Below are positions 26,228 to 35,097 of a stretch of 64,000 bases of DNA, one piece after another. The first letter of the stretch is position 1. Each line of letters opens with the position of its first letter. The stretch lies in the IMG/VR virus record IMGVR_UViG_3300025759_000073, positions 21,076 to 85,075 of that record; one strand, 5' to 3'. The position numbers and the translations under genes are program-made. The notes under the pieces are model-generated. The model saw only the letters and a list, made by a program, of their open reading frames with translations. It searched no databases and was not told where the DNA came from. Source of the stretch: a virus.

Positions 26228-29200
26228 TTATTGATTTACTCTCGCAAATCCATCAACTCTATCAATATCAATTGTTGAATCAACAATGTCCTTGAGAGAA
26301 TCCATATGACTTATGATCAAAACCGTTTTAAAGTAGTTTTTAATCATTTGAAGTATTCTAGTGAAGCCTTCCAAGTTATTTTCATCCAAAGCTGTTCCCG
26401 GCTCATCTAAGATGAAAATATCGCTTTTTGGAAGAGAAGAGACATTCAACAGGGCCAGTCTTATAGCCATAGCAGCAATGGACTTTTCGGCTCCAGAACC
26501 TAATTCTAGAGGTCTAGGATCGTGCCCTTGATGTTGGATAAGAATGTTCAATTTCTTTTCTTCTGTTTCAAAGAAAACTTCAAAATCAACAACCCCTGTC
26601 AAGATCTTTTGAACCTCTTCGTTGATCTTTGGGAGTCTTTTTTTGATAATCTCGTATGAGATGCCAGAGTTGTGATAGCAAGTCATGAACAAATGATATG
26701 CTGCAAACTTCTTTTTATTTTCTTCATACTCTTCGGCTTCTTTTTTGACAGTTTCCAGTTTTTGCTCAATCTGACCCTTAACGGTGTGAAGATGAATATA
26801 CTCTGCTTCGCAGGTGTTATATTCGTTTTCTTTTTGTTTGAGGTCTTTTTTAAGCTGCTTCTCTTCTTTTATCAAAGCTTCGAGATTTTCAATCGCTTCC
26901 TTGTTATCTTCGTATTCTTTAATATCAGACCTCAATTCAGAAATAATGCTTTCAGTAGATGAAATCTTGGTTTCACCTTGAAGCACTTTGTTCTTCAATT
27001 TAAGCAGTTCAGAGCTAACTTTGTCCTTTTTCTCAACTAACTTCTCATAGTTTTGAACATACTCTTCTGCTTTCTTATATTCGTCACCATCAATGTAATC
27101 CTGTGCTTCTTCTTTTTCTTTTTGAAGTCCTTTCAAGGCCAACTCCAACTCTGAAACTGTTGTTTTTGCAACAAAAGCATCTTTGATAAATTTGCAAGTT
27201 TTAAACTGATCTCCACAGGGAACCTGATCGAGAAGAGAGATCTTTTTCTCTTCCATTTTCTTCTTGATTTCCTCTTGTTTTACCTCATTTAAGATCAATT
27301 TAACTTGCTTTGCTTTCTCTTTACCAACCTCGTAAGATTGGTAGTATTCTTCCGGATCAAAAGTGGAAAGGAACTCTTTGATTTTGTTCAAATAAGCACT
27401 TTTTTCTTCTTTTTGCCCTTCCAAATTAGCTTGGCTTGCTCTCAAGGTTTCCAAGATTTGATTAGAGTTTTTCAACTCTTTTCTGCACTTCTCAACATTG
27501 ATGATTTTTGCTGGAACTGACTTGATTTTGTGCTCTAAAAGAGAAAGCTCTTTTTCCATTCCTTTCTTCTCATTTTTCAGTATATCGCAGCATTCCTTTT
27601 TCTCATCTAGATCTAATTGGTTGTAGATTAGTGCGCTTTGTTGTTCAAAAATCTCATCTTTGAAGTTTCTTTCTTCTTCTTTTTTGATCAAAGCTTTAAG
27701 GTCTCTGGAATCTTCCTTTGCCGCTTTGAATTTTTCTTCAAAAAACACCAAATCTAGGAATTTTGCCAAGATTTCCTTGCGTTTGGTAGAGCCTTCATTT
27801 ACAAACTGCAATGCTCCGTGTTGTGCTGACATTGATGTAATCAGAAAATCTTCAATTGAGCCAATATATTTGCGAATATTCCTATCTGTCTCCGCCCTTG
27901 TATTTCCATTCAATTCTACAACTTTTTTCGCAGCAGGGTCAAAACAAGAAAAATCAACATTCACTTTTGCTTCATCTGTTGTCTTTCCTTTGAGCTTTTT
28001 TACATACTTTTCAATGCTTCTGGAAATAGTGTACTCTTCCCCTCCAATGTCAAATTTAAGTTCAATGTTTGCATCTGTCTTATTTTGGTTGATAAAGGAA
28101 ATATTCTTCTTTGCCGGCTTTGAAGTGGTGTTAAACGCACCCAAGAGGAAAGAGTCAATAATACTGGACTTTCCAGAGTAGTTCTTCCCAAAGATTCCAA
28201 TGATTCCTTTCATTTTTTCAAAGTCTAGAGAGTTATCACCCCCATAGTTGAAAAGGTTTTCCCATTCCATAGACTTCATCTTCCAGTTCAAATTGCGAAG
28301 TTGATCATCACTACCTTCAACTAATGAATTATATTTTGCATTAAGCTCTACGACCTTGTCCATAATATCATCTTCAACTTCAAACTCTTCAAGGTACTCT
28401 TTCATAAGCTTTTTCTGGACTTCTACATCGCGAAGGTTTTCAATCTCGCCGTCCTTTAGATCAACATTTTTTTTAGCCAACTCTGCTTTGCTCAAGTGGG
28501 TGACAGACTCTGCTTTAAAGTTGATTTTAGCGTCTTCAATAGCTTTTTTAAGAACGTCAAGTGTGATGTTGCTTTCAGACACCAATCGAATCCTAGCTCC
28601 GGCCTTTGGATTGGCTGATTTTGGAATCTTTCCTTTCTTAGTCAACTTGATCGTAACAAAAGGCTTTGGATTCTCCAGAAGAATGTGTCGAACAGAAAAC
28701 TTGTCTTTGTCTTCGATCTCCCAAACCAAAAAACCTTTGTCGTCTGTTTCGCCAAAGTTTTGTTGCACGGTTGACCCGGCATACCTGATCTTTCCTTTGC
28801 GATCGATCTTCTGATTTGTCTTGTGGATGTCTCCCAGAAAGCCATAATCGAACTTTTTAAGGTCTTCAATCTCAACATCGCCGTGTTCGATCACATATCC
28901 AACATCTGTTACCGACCCTTTGACCGCTCCATGGTAAAGAGCAATGTTGATCCGATCAGGATCTTGTGTTAGATCCCAATTGTCTTCGTCAAAGATGCTC
29001 AACACATTCAGCGTAAAGGGCTCTGTAAGCCTTATTTTAGCCGCCTTCTTGATCAAATGGAGGTTAGCTATACCTAGGGCATCTACAATGGGAGAAATGG
29101 CATCCTGACGGCTTTTATTGCGCAGGTTTCCATCGTGGTTCCCCAAGATGATATAAGTTGGCGCAATTGCTGCCAAGTTCTTGAAGAAATCGGAGCAGAT

Positions 29201-29377
29201 TTCAACAAATTCTGGTGAGATTTGGGTTTTGGTGTGAGCAATATCACCACAATGAATAATATAATCTGGCCTTTCTCTTTTCAACTCTTTATAAAGTTGC
29301 TTGAAAACTAGATCATACTCGTAGTGATATTTAAGGTTTTTAATGTGGGTGTCTGCAATATGGGCAAACTTAGTCAT
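26228..29377 (-). CDS. Fused recombination nuclease-ATPase (T4 gp47+gp46; SbcD+SbcC; Mre11+Rad50)
   Basis: N-terminal metallophosphoesterase motifs ADTH, CGDIAH, LGNHD, LYHG, GDIH, YAGS. C-terminal ABC ATPase motifs GKNYSGKS, coiled coil, SGAEK, FILDEP, IISH. Likely start is MTKFAHIAD at 29377 (track start 29389). Confidence 0.92.
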   Translation of the reverse strand: MTKFAHIADTHIKNLKYHYEYDLVFKQLYKELKRERPDYIIHCGDIAHTKTQISPEFVEICSDFFKNLAAIAPTYIILGNHDGNLRNKSRQDAISPIVDALGIANLHLIKKAAKIRLTEPFTLNVLSIFDEDNWDLTQDPDRINIALYHGAVKGSVTDVGYVIEHGDVEIEDLKKFDYGFLGDIHKTNQKIDRKGKIRYAGSTVQQNFGETDDKGFLVWEIEDKDKFSVRHILLENPKPFVTIKLTKKGKIPKSANPKAGARIRLVSESNITLDVLKKAIEDAKINFKAESVTHLSKAELAKKNVDLKDGEIENLRDVEVQKKLMKEYLEEFEVEDDIMDKVVELNAKYNSLVEGSDDQLRNLNWKMKSMEWENLFNYGGDNSLDFEKMKGIIGIFGKNYSGKSSIIDSFLLGAFNTTSKPAKKNISFINQNKTDANIELKFDIGGEEYTISRSIEKYVKKLKGKTTDEAKVNVDFSCFDPAAKKVVELNGNTRAETDRNIRKYIGSIEDFLITSMSAQHGALQFVNEGSTKRKEILAKFLDLVFFEEKFKAAKEDSRDLKALIKKEEERNFKDEIFEQQSALIYNQLDLDEKKECCDILKNEKKGMEKELSLLEHKIKSVPAKIINVEKCRKELKNSNQILETLRASQANLEGQKEEKSAYLNKIKEFLSTFDPEEYYQSYEVGKEKAKQVKLILNEVKQEEIKKKMEEKKISLLDQVPCGDQFKTCKFIKDAFVAKTTVSELELALKGLQKEKEEAQDYIDGDEYKKAEEYVQNYEKLVEKKDKVSSELLKLKNKVLQGETKISSTESIISELRSDIKEYEDNKEAIENLEALIKEEKQLKKDLKQKENEYNTCEAEYIHLHTVKGQIEQKLETVKKEAEEYEENKKKFAAYHLFMTCYHNSGISYEIIKKRLPKINEEVQKILTGVVDFEVFFETEEKKLNILIQHQGHDPRPLELGSGAEKSIAAMAIRLALLNVSSLPKSDIFILDEPGTALDENNLEGFTRILQMIKNYFKTVLIISHMDSLKDIVDSTIDIDRVDGFARVNQ

Positions 29378-29765
29378 TGAAGCCTCCATTTTTAACTTTT
29401 TCTATTGTTTCGCTGATTTCACTTCTGACAACATTAAATATTGCCGGTGACAGGTTGTACAACTCTTTAAATGCTTCGTCTCGCCAAAGATCAACATCTT
29501 TCTCCCTTTTATCAAATTCTTTTTCCAAAGCATAATCTGTATAATCTGGATTTACTCTTTTGAAGCTTTCTTTTTGCTCTTGTATCTCCCTTCTAGTATC
29601 GACATAAACTTGCAAAAGAAAAGAAAGAGATAAATACATTGCAGATTTCATAATTTTATACGCTTGTGCCACACCCACGACAAATTGTAGGCTCATGTAG
29701 GCCAGAATACCACCTAAAAACCAGACCAACTCATAAACACCTTGTTGTTTCAAAAATTCAATCAT
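29370..29765 (-). CDS. Hypothetical membrane-anchored protein
   Basis: N-terminal hydrophobic segments; AGGAG SD. Confidence 0.6.
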   Translation of the reverse strand: MIEFLKQQGVYELVWFLGGILAYMSLQFVVGVAQAYKIMKSAMYLSLSFLLQVYVDTRREIQEQKESFKRVNPDYTDYALEKEFDKREKDVDLWRDEAFKELYNLSPAIFNVVRSEISETIEKVKNGGFND

Positions 29766-29774
29766 TTGTGTCTC

Positions 29775-30698
29775 CTATATGTTAATCATTGAAAATAAAG
29801 TATCAAATCTAACTTCAACTGCTGTCATTTTTAGCCTTTGATATTCATATTTTGAAATGTCGTTCAAATCTTTTCCTTCTGGGACTTCTATTTTCCAAAC
29901 GTCTACTCCATATTTGATCAAGCTTGAAATAATGTCAAGCTCTTTTTTGTAAGCATCTGGATCTAAAGCAATAAAAACCTTTTTGGCTTTTTCGACAATC
30001 TTTTGAAAAAGGTCTGACCTTTCTGAAAGGGTTGATCCTAAGATTGGGATCATATTCTTTTCGTGAATTGCATCAAAAACACCCTCGACCAAGATGATTG
30101 GCTTTTCCCAATCAATTAAAAGGTCATTAAAAACAATATCTTTTGATGCTTTTGGGTTTTTGTACTTTTTCCAATCTTTTTCATATGTTCTTGAAACAAA
30201 ATAACTAACATCCCCTTCATCATCAAAAGAAGGAATGATTATTCTTCCTTTGTATTCTCCCGATGGGCAATACCCAACCTTCCATTCTAAGATCTTTTCT
30301 TGTGAAAAGCCTCTTGATTTAAGATAATTCAAAGGCTTTTGAGAATAAAGGTCAATTGACCCTGTGAAAAGCGGCTTGTACTCTTTTGGCAGATCGATCT
30401 TTTGCTTGATCTTCTCTTGTACCGTTGAGCCAGTGATCATCAGTTCAAAATCACGAACATCGATCTGATTTGTGATCTTAAGCCATTCTTGCTGGTTATC
30501 AAATGATCCAAATCTTTTTAGAAGGTAATAGACGTTTTTACCACTTGTGTCACAAACCCAACATTTGAATACGTTCTTAGAGATGTTCACAGACATTTTT
30601 GGCTTATGGTGCTTGCAGAAAGGACAATAGAAAAGATGCTCGCTCCCTTTGGAGTAAGCATAATCTAATGTGTTTTTAAGGATGGATAGTTCTTTCAT
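29775..30698 (-). CDS. dnaG: DNA primase (DnaG/T4 gp61-like)
   Basis: Zn motif CPFC..H...CWVC, YLKSRG, GRIIIP, KYKNP, TOPRIM LVEGVFDA and IALDPDA. Confidence 0.92.
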   Translation of the reverse strand: MKELSILKNTLDYAYSKGSEHLFYCPFCKHHKPKMSVNISKNVFKCWVCDTSGKNVYYLLKRFGSFDNQQEWLKITNQIDVRDFELMITGSTVQEKIKQKIDLPKEYKPLFTGSIDLYSQKPLNYLKSRGFSQEKILEWKVGYCPSGEYKGRIIIPSFDDEGDVSYFVSRTYEKDWKKYKNPKASKDIVFNDLLIDWEKPIILVEGVFDAIHEKNMIPILGSTLSERSDLFQKIVEKAKKVFIALDPDAYKKELDIISSLIKYGVDVWKIEVPEGKDLNDISKYEYQRLKMTAVEVRFDTLFSMINI

Positions 30699-30727
30699 GT
30701 GTGGCTTCCTTTGAAAAAGTTACACAC

Positions 30728-30756
30728 ATTATATCAAGGATGGGGGGTGTTGTCAA
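30728..30756 (-). promoter_or_regulatory. Perfect sigma70 consensus promoter TTGACA-N17-TATAAT for primase and sbcCD
   Basis: Minus strand TTGACA acaccccccatccttga TATAAT, 30 nt upstream of the primase ATG. Confidence 0.88.
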
Positions 30757-30769
30757 GAGGTTTATTTTC

Positions 30770-31228
30770 TCATCCCATAGGATAATCTTCCATATTCCCA
30801 CTGTCTTCGTAAATAATAGCGCCACCACCGGGAGAATACACATATCTTTTCCATGTTCCTTCACTAACATTAGTCGAATCTGAGAAGAACGAGGACTTCT
30901 TCTTAAGGTTAAATTTAATAACTTGTGTATAGTAACCTGTTTCTTCTCTTAACTCTCCACTTAAGATATCTTCTCTTGTCGCAGGAGGAAGAGGAGGGAC
31001 ATCTTCCGGCGCGAGTTCCACCGAATACTGCTTGTTGCGTCCGACCTGCTTGGCTAAACTGTGATGGTCATATTTCTTAAGTTTTTCTAGATGTTGCTTA
31101 TAGGCTTTCTGATCGGGTCGGCCCTTCCTATCTACAAAGTTACTCTGATCATAATCCCGCACTTCTCTTTCTTCCCTAAGTAACTCCTCCTTGATGATCT
31201 TCATTAGAAACTTCTTGGTGATTTTCAT
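30770..31228 (-). CDS. Hypothetical protein with MKITKKFLMKIIKEE leader
   Basis: ATGA overlap with ruvC. The leader is shared with the ORFs starting at 15238 and 7621. Confidence 0.65.
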   Translation of the reverse strand: MKITKKFLMKIIKEELLREEREVRDYDQSNFVDRKGRPDQKAYKQHLEKLKKYDHHSLAKQVGRNKQYSVELAPEDVPPLPPATREDILSGELREETGYYTQVIKFNLKKKSSFFSDSTNVSEGTWKRYVYSPGGGAIIYEDSGNMEDYPMG

Positions 31229-31743
31229 TTATTTGCTCTCCTTTTTAAAAATCCTGATTTTGCAATGACAATTGCGTCTGACATATCGTAATAAATAGGT
31301 TTTGGATTTCCTTTTTTCGTATATTCCGGATTGATTAACCCTTCTTTCACCAAAACCCCTAGAACAAAGGGCTTTGCCTTTTGGCCTTTTGGAACTTTGA
31401 TACCGCAATCTTTTCTTGCGGAGGAAGCCGAAATGTATTCTGGGGGCATTCCATAGACCTCATAACAGAACCAAGATACAATCCCATTGAAAGCAGACAA
31501 TGTTGAAAGAACTTTTGCAGAGGAGAAGCCTGATCTAAAAGATTGTAAAGACTTTTCAATATAAATGTTATTAATATCATATTCTTTTTTTAATTCTTCA
31601 AGTTTTTCTTTTACTTTTTCTGCTTTTTCATACATATTTTTGTATTTTCTTGTGTCAACAGCAGCATTGTACACAATATTTTCTTCTTTGTCAAGTACAC
31701 AAATTCCAGTTATGCTTGTGCTAACATCCAAACCTAATATCAT
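31225..31743 (-). CDS. ruvC: RuvC-like Holliday junction resolvase
   Basis: ILGLDVSTSITG, IYIEKSL, FNGIV and DMSDAIVIA supply the catalytic acidic residues. Confidence 0.85.
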   Translation of the reverse strand: MILGLDVSTSITGICVLDKEENIVYNAAVDTRKYKNMYEKAEKVKEKLEELKKEYDINNIYIEKSLQSFRSGFSSAKVLSTLSAFNGIVSWFCYEVYGMPPEYISASSARKDCGIKVPKGQKAKPFVLGVLVKEGLINPEYTKKGNPKPIYYDMSDAIVIAKSGFLKRRANK

Positions 31744-31761
31744 TTAAACCTCCAAAGATAT

Positions 31762-31772
31762 ATTATACCACA
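31762..31772 (-). promoter_or_regulatory. Extended -10 promoter TGTGGTATAAT upstream of ruvC
   Basis: TRTGnTATAAT in a short intergenic gap, followed by a GGAGG SD. Confidence 0.65.
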
Positions 31773-32963
31773 TTATAAGTCCATTTTTAACTTAAATGTG
31801 AATGAATCTTTTTCTCTTTTTCTAACAGGATTTGCCAAGTTAGCAACTGCGATCAAGTTCTTGTATTCGTCATAAATGCCAATTTTGGTGATATAAGTGA
31901 TCTTTTCAAACGAACCGGTGGTCTGTGTAAAAGAAGAAGACACGATATTCTTGATTGCTCTTTCTGGATTTTCTTTGTAATAAAGAGAGCCCGTTGTAAT
32001 TGTCGGTAATGTTGAGCTAGAAGAGATAAAAGTTGGATTATTTGAGTAATTCAATTCTCCTCTGTTGGCGTGAGCTAGCATAGTTAAGTTTGGAATCTTC
32101 TCTGTTGCTTGAAAGTCCAAAGTATAGCTGGAAGAAGGCGTTGAGATACCTGTAAAAGTCTCTGATAAGGCACTTCCGTAGTAAATCCACTTGGGATTGT
32201 CGTTTCCATCGCCGGTGTAATCTTCTTGGTGGCTGGCATCCAAGGCCCAAGCCCCTGTGAGAAGGATAAACCCTTCATTATAAAGAACCAGTCCTGCTAC
32301 TTTACCATCATTTGCTGCGATTGTTCCGGAAACTTGAACCAATTCGCCTCTTTCGTTTTTATAATCTGTCAATTCCGCAACCATTGTGCCAGAGACATAA
32401 TATTTTAAAGAAACAGAGCCCTTTTTAATGTTATTTCCAGTAATAATTGCAGGAATATTGATCAAATTAACGTTTTCTTCGTCCAAATTCCTTGTTCTAT
32501 AGGCCGAACCAGCAGGGATCTGACCTGAATAATTGAAATGAGGGCTCATCGGGCGATAATGATTGATTGTATTCTTCAAAGAGCGCAGCTTGTGTTTTAC
32601 AGAAGTGTCGCCACTTTCAAAATAAAACAAACTGATCGACGAAGAAAGTGGATAAGACCCTGTAATGGAGCCCGTAATCTGCTGAACCTGAGAAGCTGTC
32701 GGCAAAGTGGATAAAGCAAATGTCTGATCATACCTAGGATAAACAAAAGGATAGATCAAATTGCCAGAAGCTCGGTTGACGTTTAGTTCGTAAAGGTTGA
32801 CATAGCCCGGTGGAACATTTGTAACGCTAGACGAGTAAGTTCCAGACATTGGCTCATGTTCATTAAGGTAGAGATCATTCTGATAAATGAAAAAATTATA
32901 GGAAGGTCTCGCTACCAAAGTATTAAGCAGGGTGTCGCCCTTGTTAAATTTATACAAAGACAC
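31773..32963 (-). CDS. Tail/baseplate structural protein
   Basis: IKKGSVSL, GLVLYNEG and C-term YITKIGIYDEYKNLIAVANLANPVRK...FKLKMDL; paralogous to 32983-34113. Confidence 0.7.
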   Translation of the reverse strand: MSLYKFNKGDTLLNTLVARPSYNFFIYQNDLYLNEHEPMSGTYSSSVTNVPPGYVNLYELNVNRASGNLIYPFVYPRYDQTFALSTLPTASQVQQITGSITGSYPLSSSISLFYFESGDTSVKHKLRSLKNTINHYRPMSPHFNYSGQIPAGSAYRTRNLDEENVNLINIPAIITGNNIKKGSVSLKYYVSGTMVAELTDYKNERGELVQVSGTIAANDGKVAGLVLYNEGFILLTGAWALDASHQEDYTGDGNDNPKWIYYGSALSETFTGISTPSSSYTLDFQATEKIPNLTMLAHANRGELNYSNNPTFISSSSTLPTITTGSLYYKENPERAIKNIVSSSFTQTTGSFEKITYITKIGIYDEYKNLIAVANLANPVRKREKDSFTFKLKMDL

Positions 32964-32982
32964 TTTTTACCTCCTTAATAGT

Positions 32983-34113
32983 TTAGTAGTCAAGGCGCAC
33001 TTTGATTTTCAAGGCTTGTGCGGGGTTGTTTTCAATTGGCTTGGAAAGCTTTGCAACTGCAAGAAGCTGATCCGCCCCATTGTAAAGGCCGACAGTAGTG
33101 ATATATGCCTTGGGAGGAGATTGTGGGTCGTTTCCTTTAACTCTAATCTTGCTTCCGGTCAGATAAGTTGGGTTAGCACTGAAGTTGAAATCTTCCGGCT
33201 CAATATCGCAAAAGTACATTGTCGAAACCAAGTTCGTAGTGTTGTTGAATGTCATATTGTACATTCTTCTGCGAAGTCCAGTTGCAACCTCTTCGATCGA
33301 ACCCGAAGTCAAAATCTCGTGAATATCTTCTTGTCTAGACGAAGAAGAAAGCCAAAGCAGGTTATTGGTAGACGCACTCATAATCCCGCCATTGGCAGAT
33401 GGCATAAACATCGAAGCAGAAAGAACTGCAACACCTGCTTGGTAGTAAATCAAACCACAAGGAGCAGTTTTATCTGTCGGATCAATACCAACGCCGTCCA
33501 AAGGAGTTCCTGTGGAGTTGTTTGCATAAAGAATGCCATACTCTCCCTTGGGGGAGTTTACTTTGTAAGAAGAAGTTCCGTTAAGGTCTTTGATCTTGAT
33601 TCTTTGTTCAAACGGAGCACTATATCCAGCATCTGATCCGGAAACGCCAAGCTCCAACTCAAACGTTCCTTTTTGAATTCCGTCTTTTGCCAAAAGACGA
33701 GCAACGTTGATTGTGATGACTTCATCAAACTTTGCACCACCGGTAAGGTCGCCGTCTTTGTCGAAACGATGAATGTTATTGTTAATGTCAAAACCAACAA
33801 GAACTTGTGCCATTTCATTATAAATGTTGTTCTTCTTGGAGCCGGACACTTCCCCAGTAACACCATCCAAGTCGGAGTTTGTTCCATACCCAGCAGTCAA
33901 ATCAAAAAGATGGTTTGCCGAGGAGGAAGCATAAGGATAGTCGTAAACAGATTGGAACATCTCGTGAGTATACTCTTTAATGTTCGAGGTTGTTCCTGCG
34001 CCGTTCGGTTCTGCGTATGTCCCAGACACAATTGAGCCAGTAATAGGGATGGATTCCCTTAGTTTGGTTGTAATTGGTTGAGTTTTGGTAATTTTTTTAG
34101 TCGTACCAGCCAT
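32983..34113 (-). CDS. Tail/baseplate structural protein
   Basis: GLIYYQAG, FNFSANPTY and C-term YITTVGLYNGADQLLAVAKLSKPI...KVRLDY. Confidence 0.7.
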   Translation of the reverse strand: MAGTTKKITKTQPITTKLRESIPITGSIVSGTYAEPNGAGTTSNIKEYTHEMFQSVYDYPYASSSANHLFDLTAGYGTNSDLDGVTGEVSGSKKNNIYNEMAQVLVGFDINNNIHRFDKDGDLTGGAKFDEVITINVARLLAKDGIQKGTFELELGVSGSDAGYSAPFEQRIKIKDLNGTSSYKVNSPKGEYGILYANNSTGTPLDGVGIDPTDKTAPCGLIYYQAGVAVLSASMFMPSANGGIMSASTNNLLWLSSSSRQEDIHEILTSGSIEEVATGLRRRMYNMTFNNTTNLVSTMYFCDIEPEDFNFSANPTYLTGSKIRVKGNDPQSPPKAYITTVGLYNGADQLLAVAKLSKPIENNPAQALKIKVRLDY

Positions 34114-34129
34114 TTTTTATCCCTTTGAA

Positions 34130-35056
34130 TTAAATTTCTTTGATAAATCTTAATGGAATATCCAATTGATATCCTGTAACTTTTGCTCGAACTCGAATGA
34201 TAGCATCAATAAAGTAAAGATCGTCTGACCCGGATGCCCCAAAGGTTGTTGAACTCATTGTTCCGCCAAGCTCCGTAAAGATTGTAGTGGAAGTAGTGAG
34301 AAGTTCGGAAGCTTTAATCTTGAATTGCAGGAAAGTTCCTCTTGGCCCCAAGATTGTCATAAATTTTGAATCAGTGTCGTTGCTGATTGGCTGAACGAAA
34401 ACTGTTTCCCCACCATCAGACTCCAAAGACATATCATAAAATGCAACGTTGTCGTCGTCAATGAAAGTCAAAGGAGCATTAACAGCAGTAGTCCCAACTG
34501 AGACCACAGATCCAAAGCGGTTGTCCAGTTCGGCAACATATCCAGTTTCAAAAAACTCTGGACTCAAAGATTGCTTTGGCGAGATAAGGTCTGTGTCCAA
34601 ACCTTGGTGCAAAAGAACAAAAGTGTCTTGCTCAGTCGGGTTTGCACCGGCGAGAACACCCTGAACTGTGGTGTTATTGGTGAAGATTAAATCTTCTGTG
34701 TTTTTGTCAACACAAACCGCAAAATACCCACCAGATGCTTTTTGAGTATTTCTTTGAAGCTCATTCAACTTCACAATTGGCATAAATAAAGTATTGTTGT
34801 TTGTCATTGAGACCAAACGATACTTCAAGCCAATTGAGCTTTCAGTAGATGCTTCAAAAACAGGCAACTGACGTAAAGAAGTAGACTCGGTTCCAGTGCT
34901 AGCAGTAGCATCATAAAGGCTGTAATCAATCTCGTCATCGCCCAAAGCAAAATGCGTAATCTTATAACTTCCATCTGCTCTTGAAAGCAGGTCTCTTCCT
35001 AGGTCTGTAAGGACTGCATCTAAAATAATGTCCCCACTGTTGTCAATAAAACCCAT
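34130..35056 (-). CDS. Tail/baseplate structural protein
   Basis: N-term IILDAVLTDLGRDLLSR...ITHFALGDDEIDYSLY. Confidence 0.7.
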   Translation of the reverse strand: MGFIDNSGDIILDAVLTDLGRDLLSRADGSYKITHFALGDDEIDYSLYDATASTGTESTSLRQLPVFEASTESSIGLKYRLVSMTNNNTLFMPIVKLNELQRNTQKASGGYFAVCVDKNTEDLIFTNNTTVQGVLAGANPTEQDTFVLLHQGLDTDLISPKQSLSPEFFETGYVAELDNRFGSVVSVGTTAVNAPLTFIDDDNVAFYDMSLESDGGETVFVQPISNDTDSKFMTILGPRGTFLQFKIKASELLTTSTTIFTELGGTMSSTTFGASGSDDLYFIDAIIRVRAKVTGYQLDIPLRFIKEI

Positions 35057-35085
35057 TTTTAGTCTCCTAATTTATAAAACTTAAA

Positions 35086-35094
35086 ATAAATAGT
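35086..35094 (-). promoter_or_regulatory. Putative late promoter ACTATTTAT
   Basis: Intergenic, 30 nt upstream of ATG 35056. Confidence 0.6.
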
Positions 35095-35097
35095 CTT

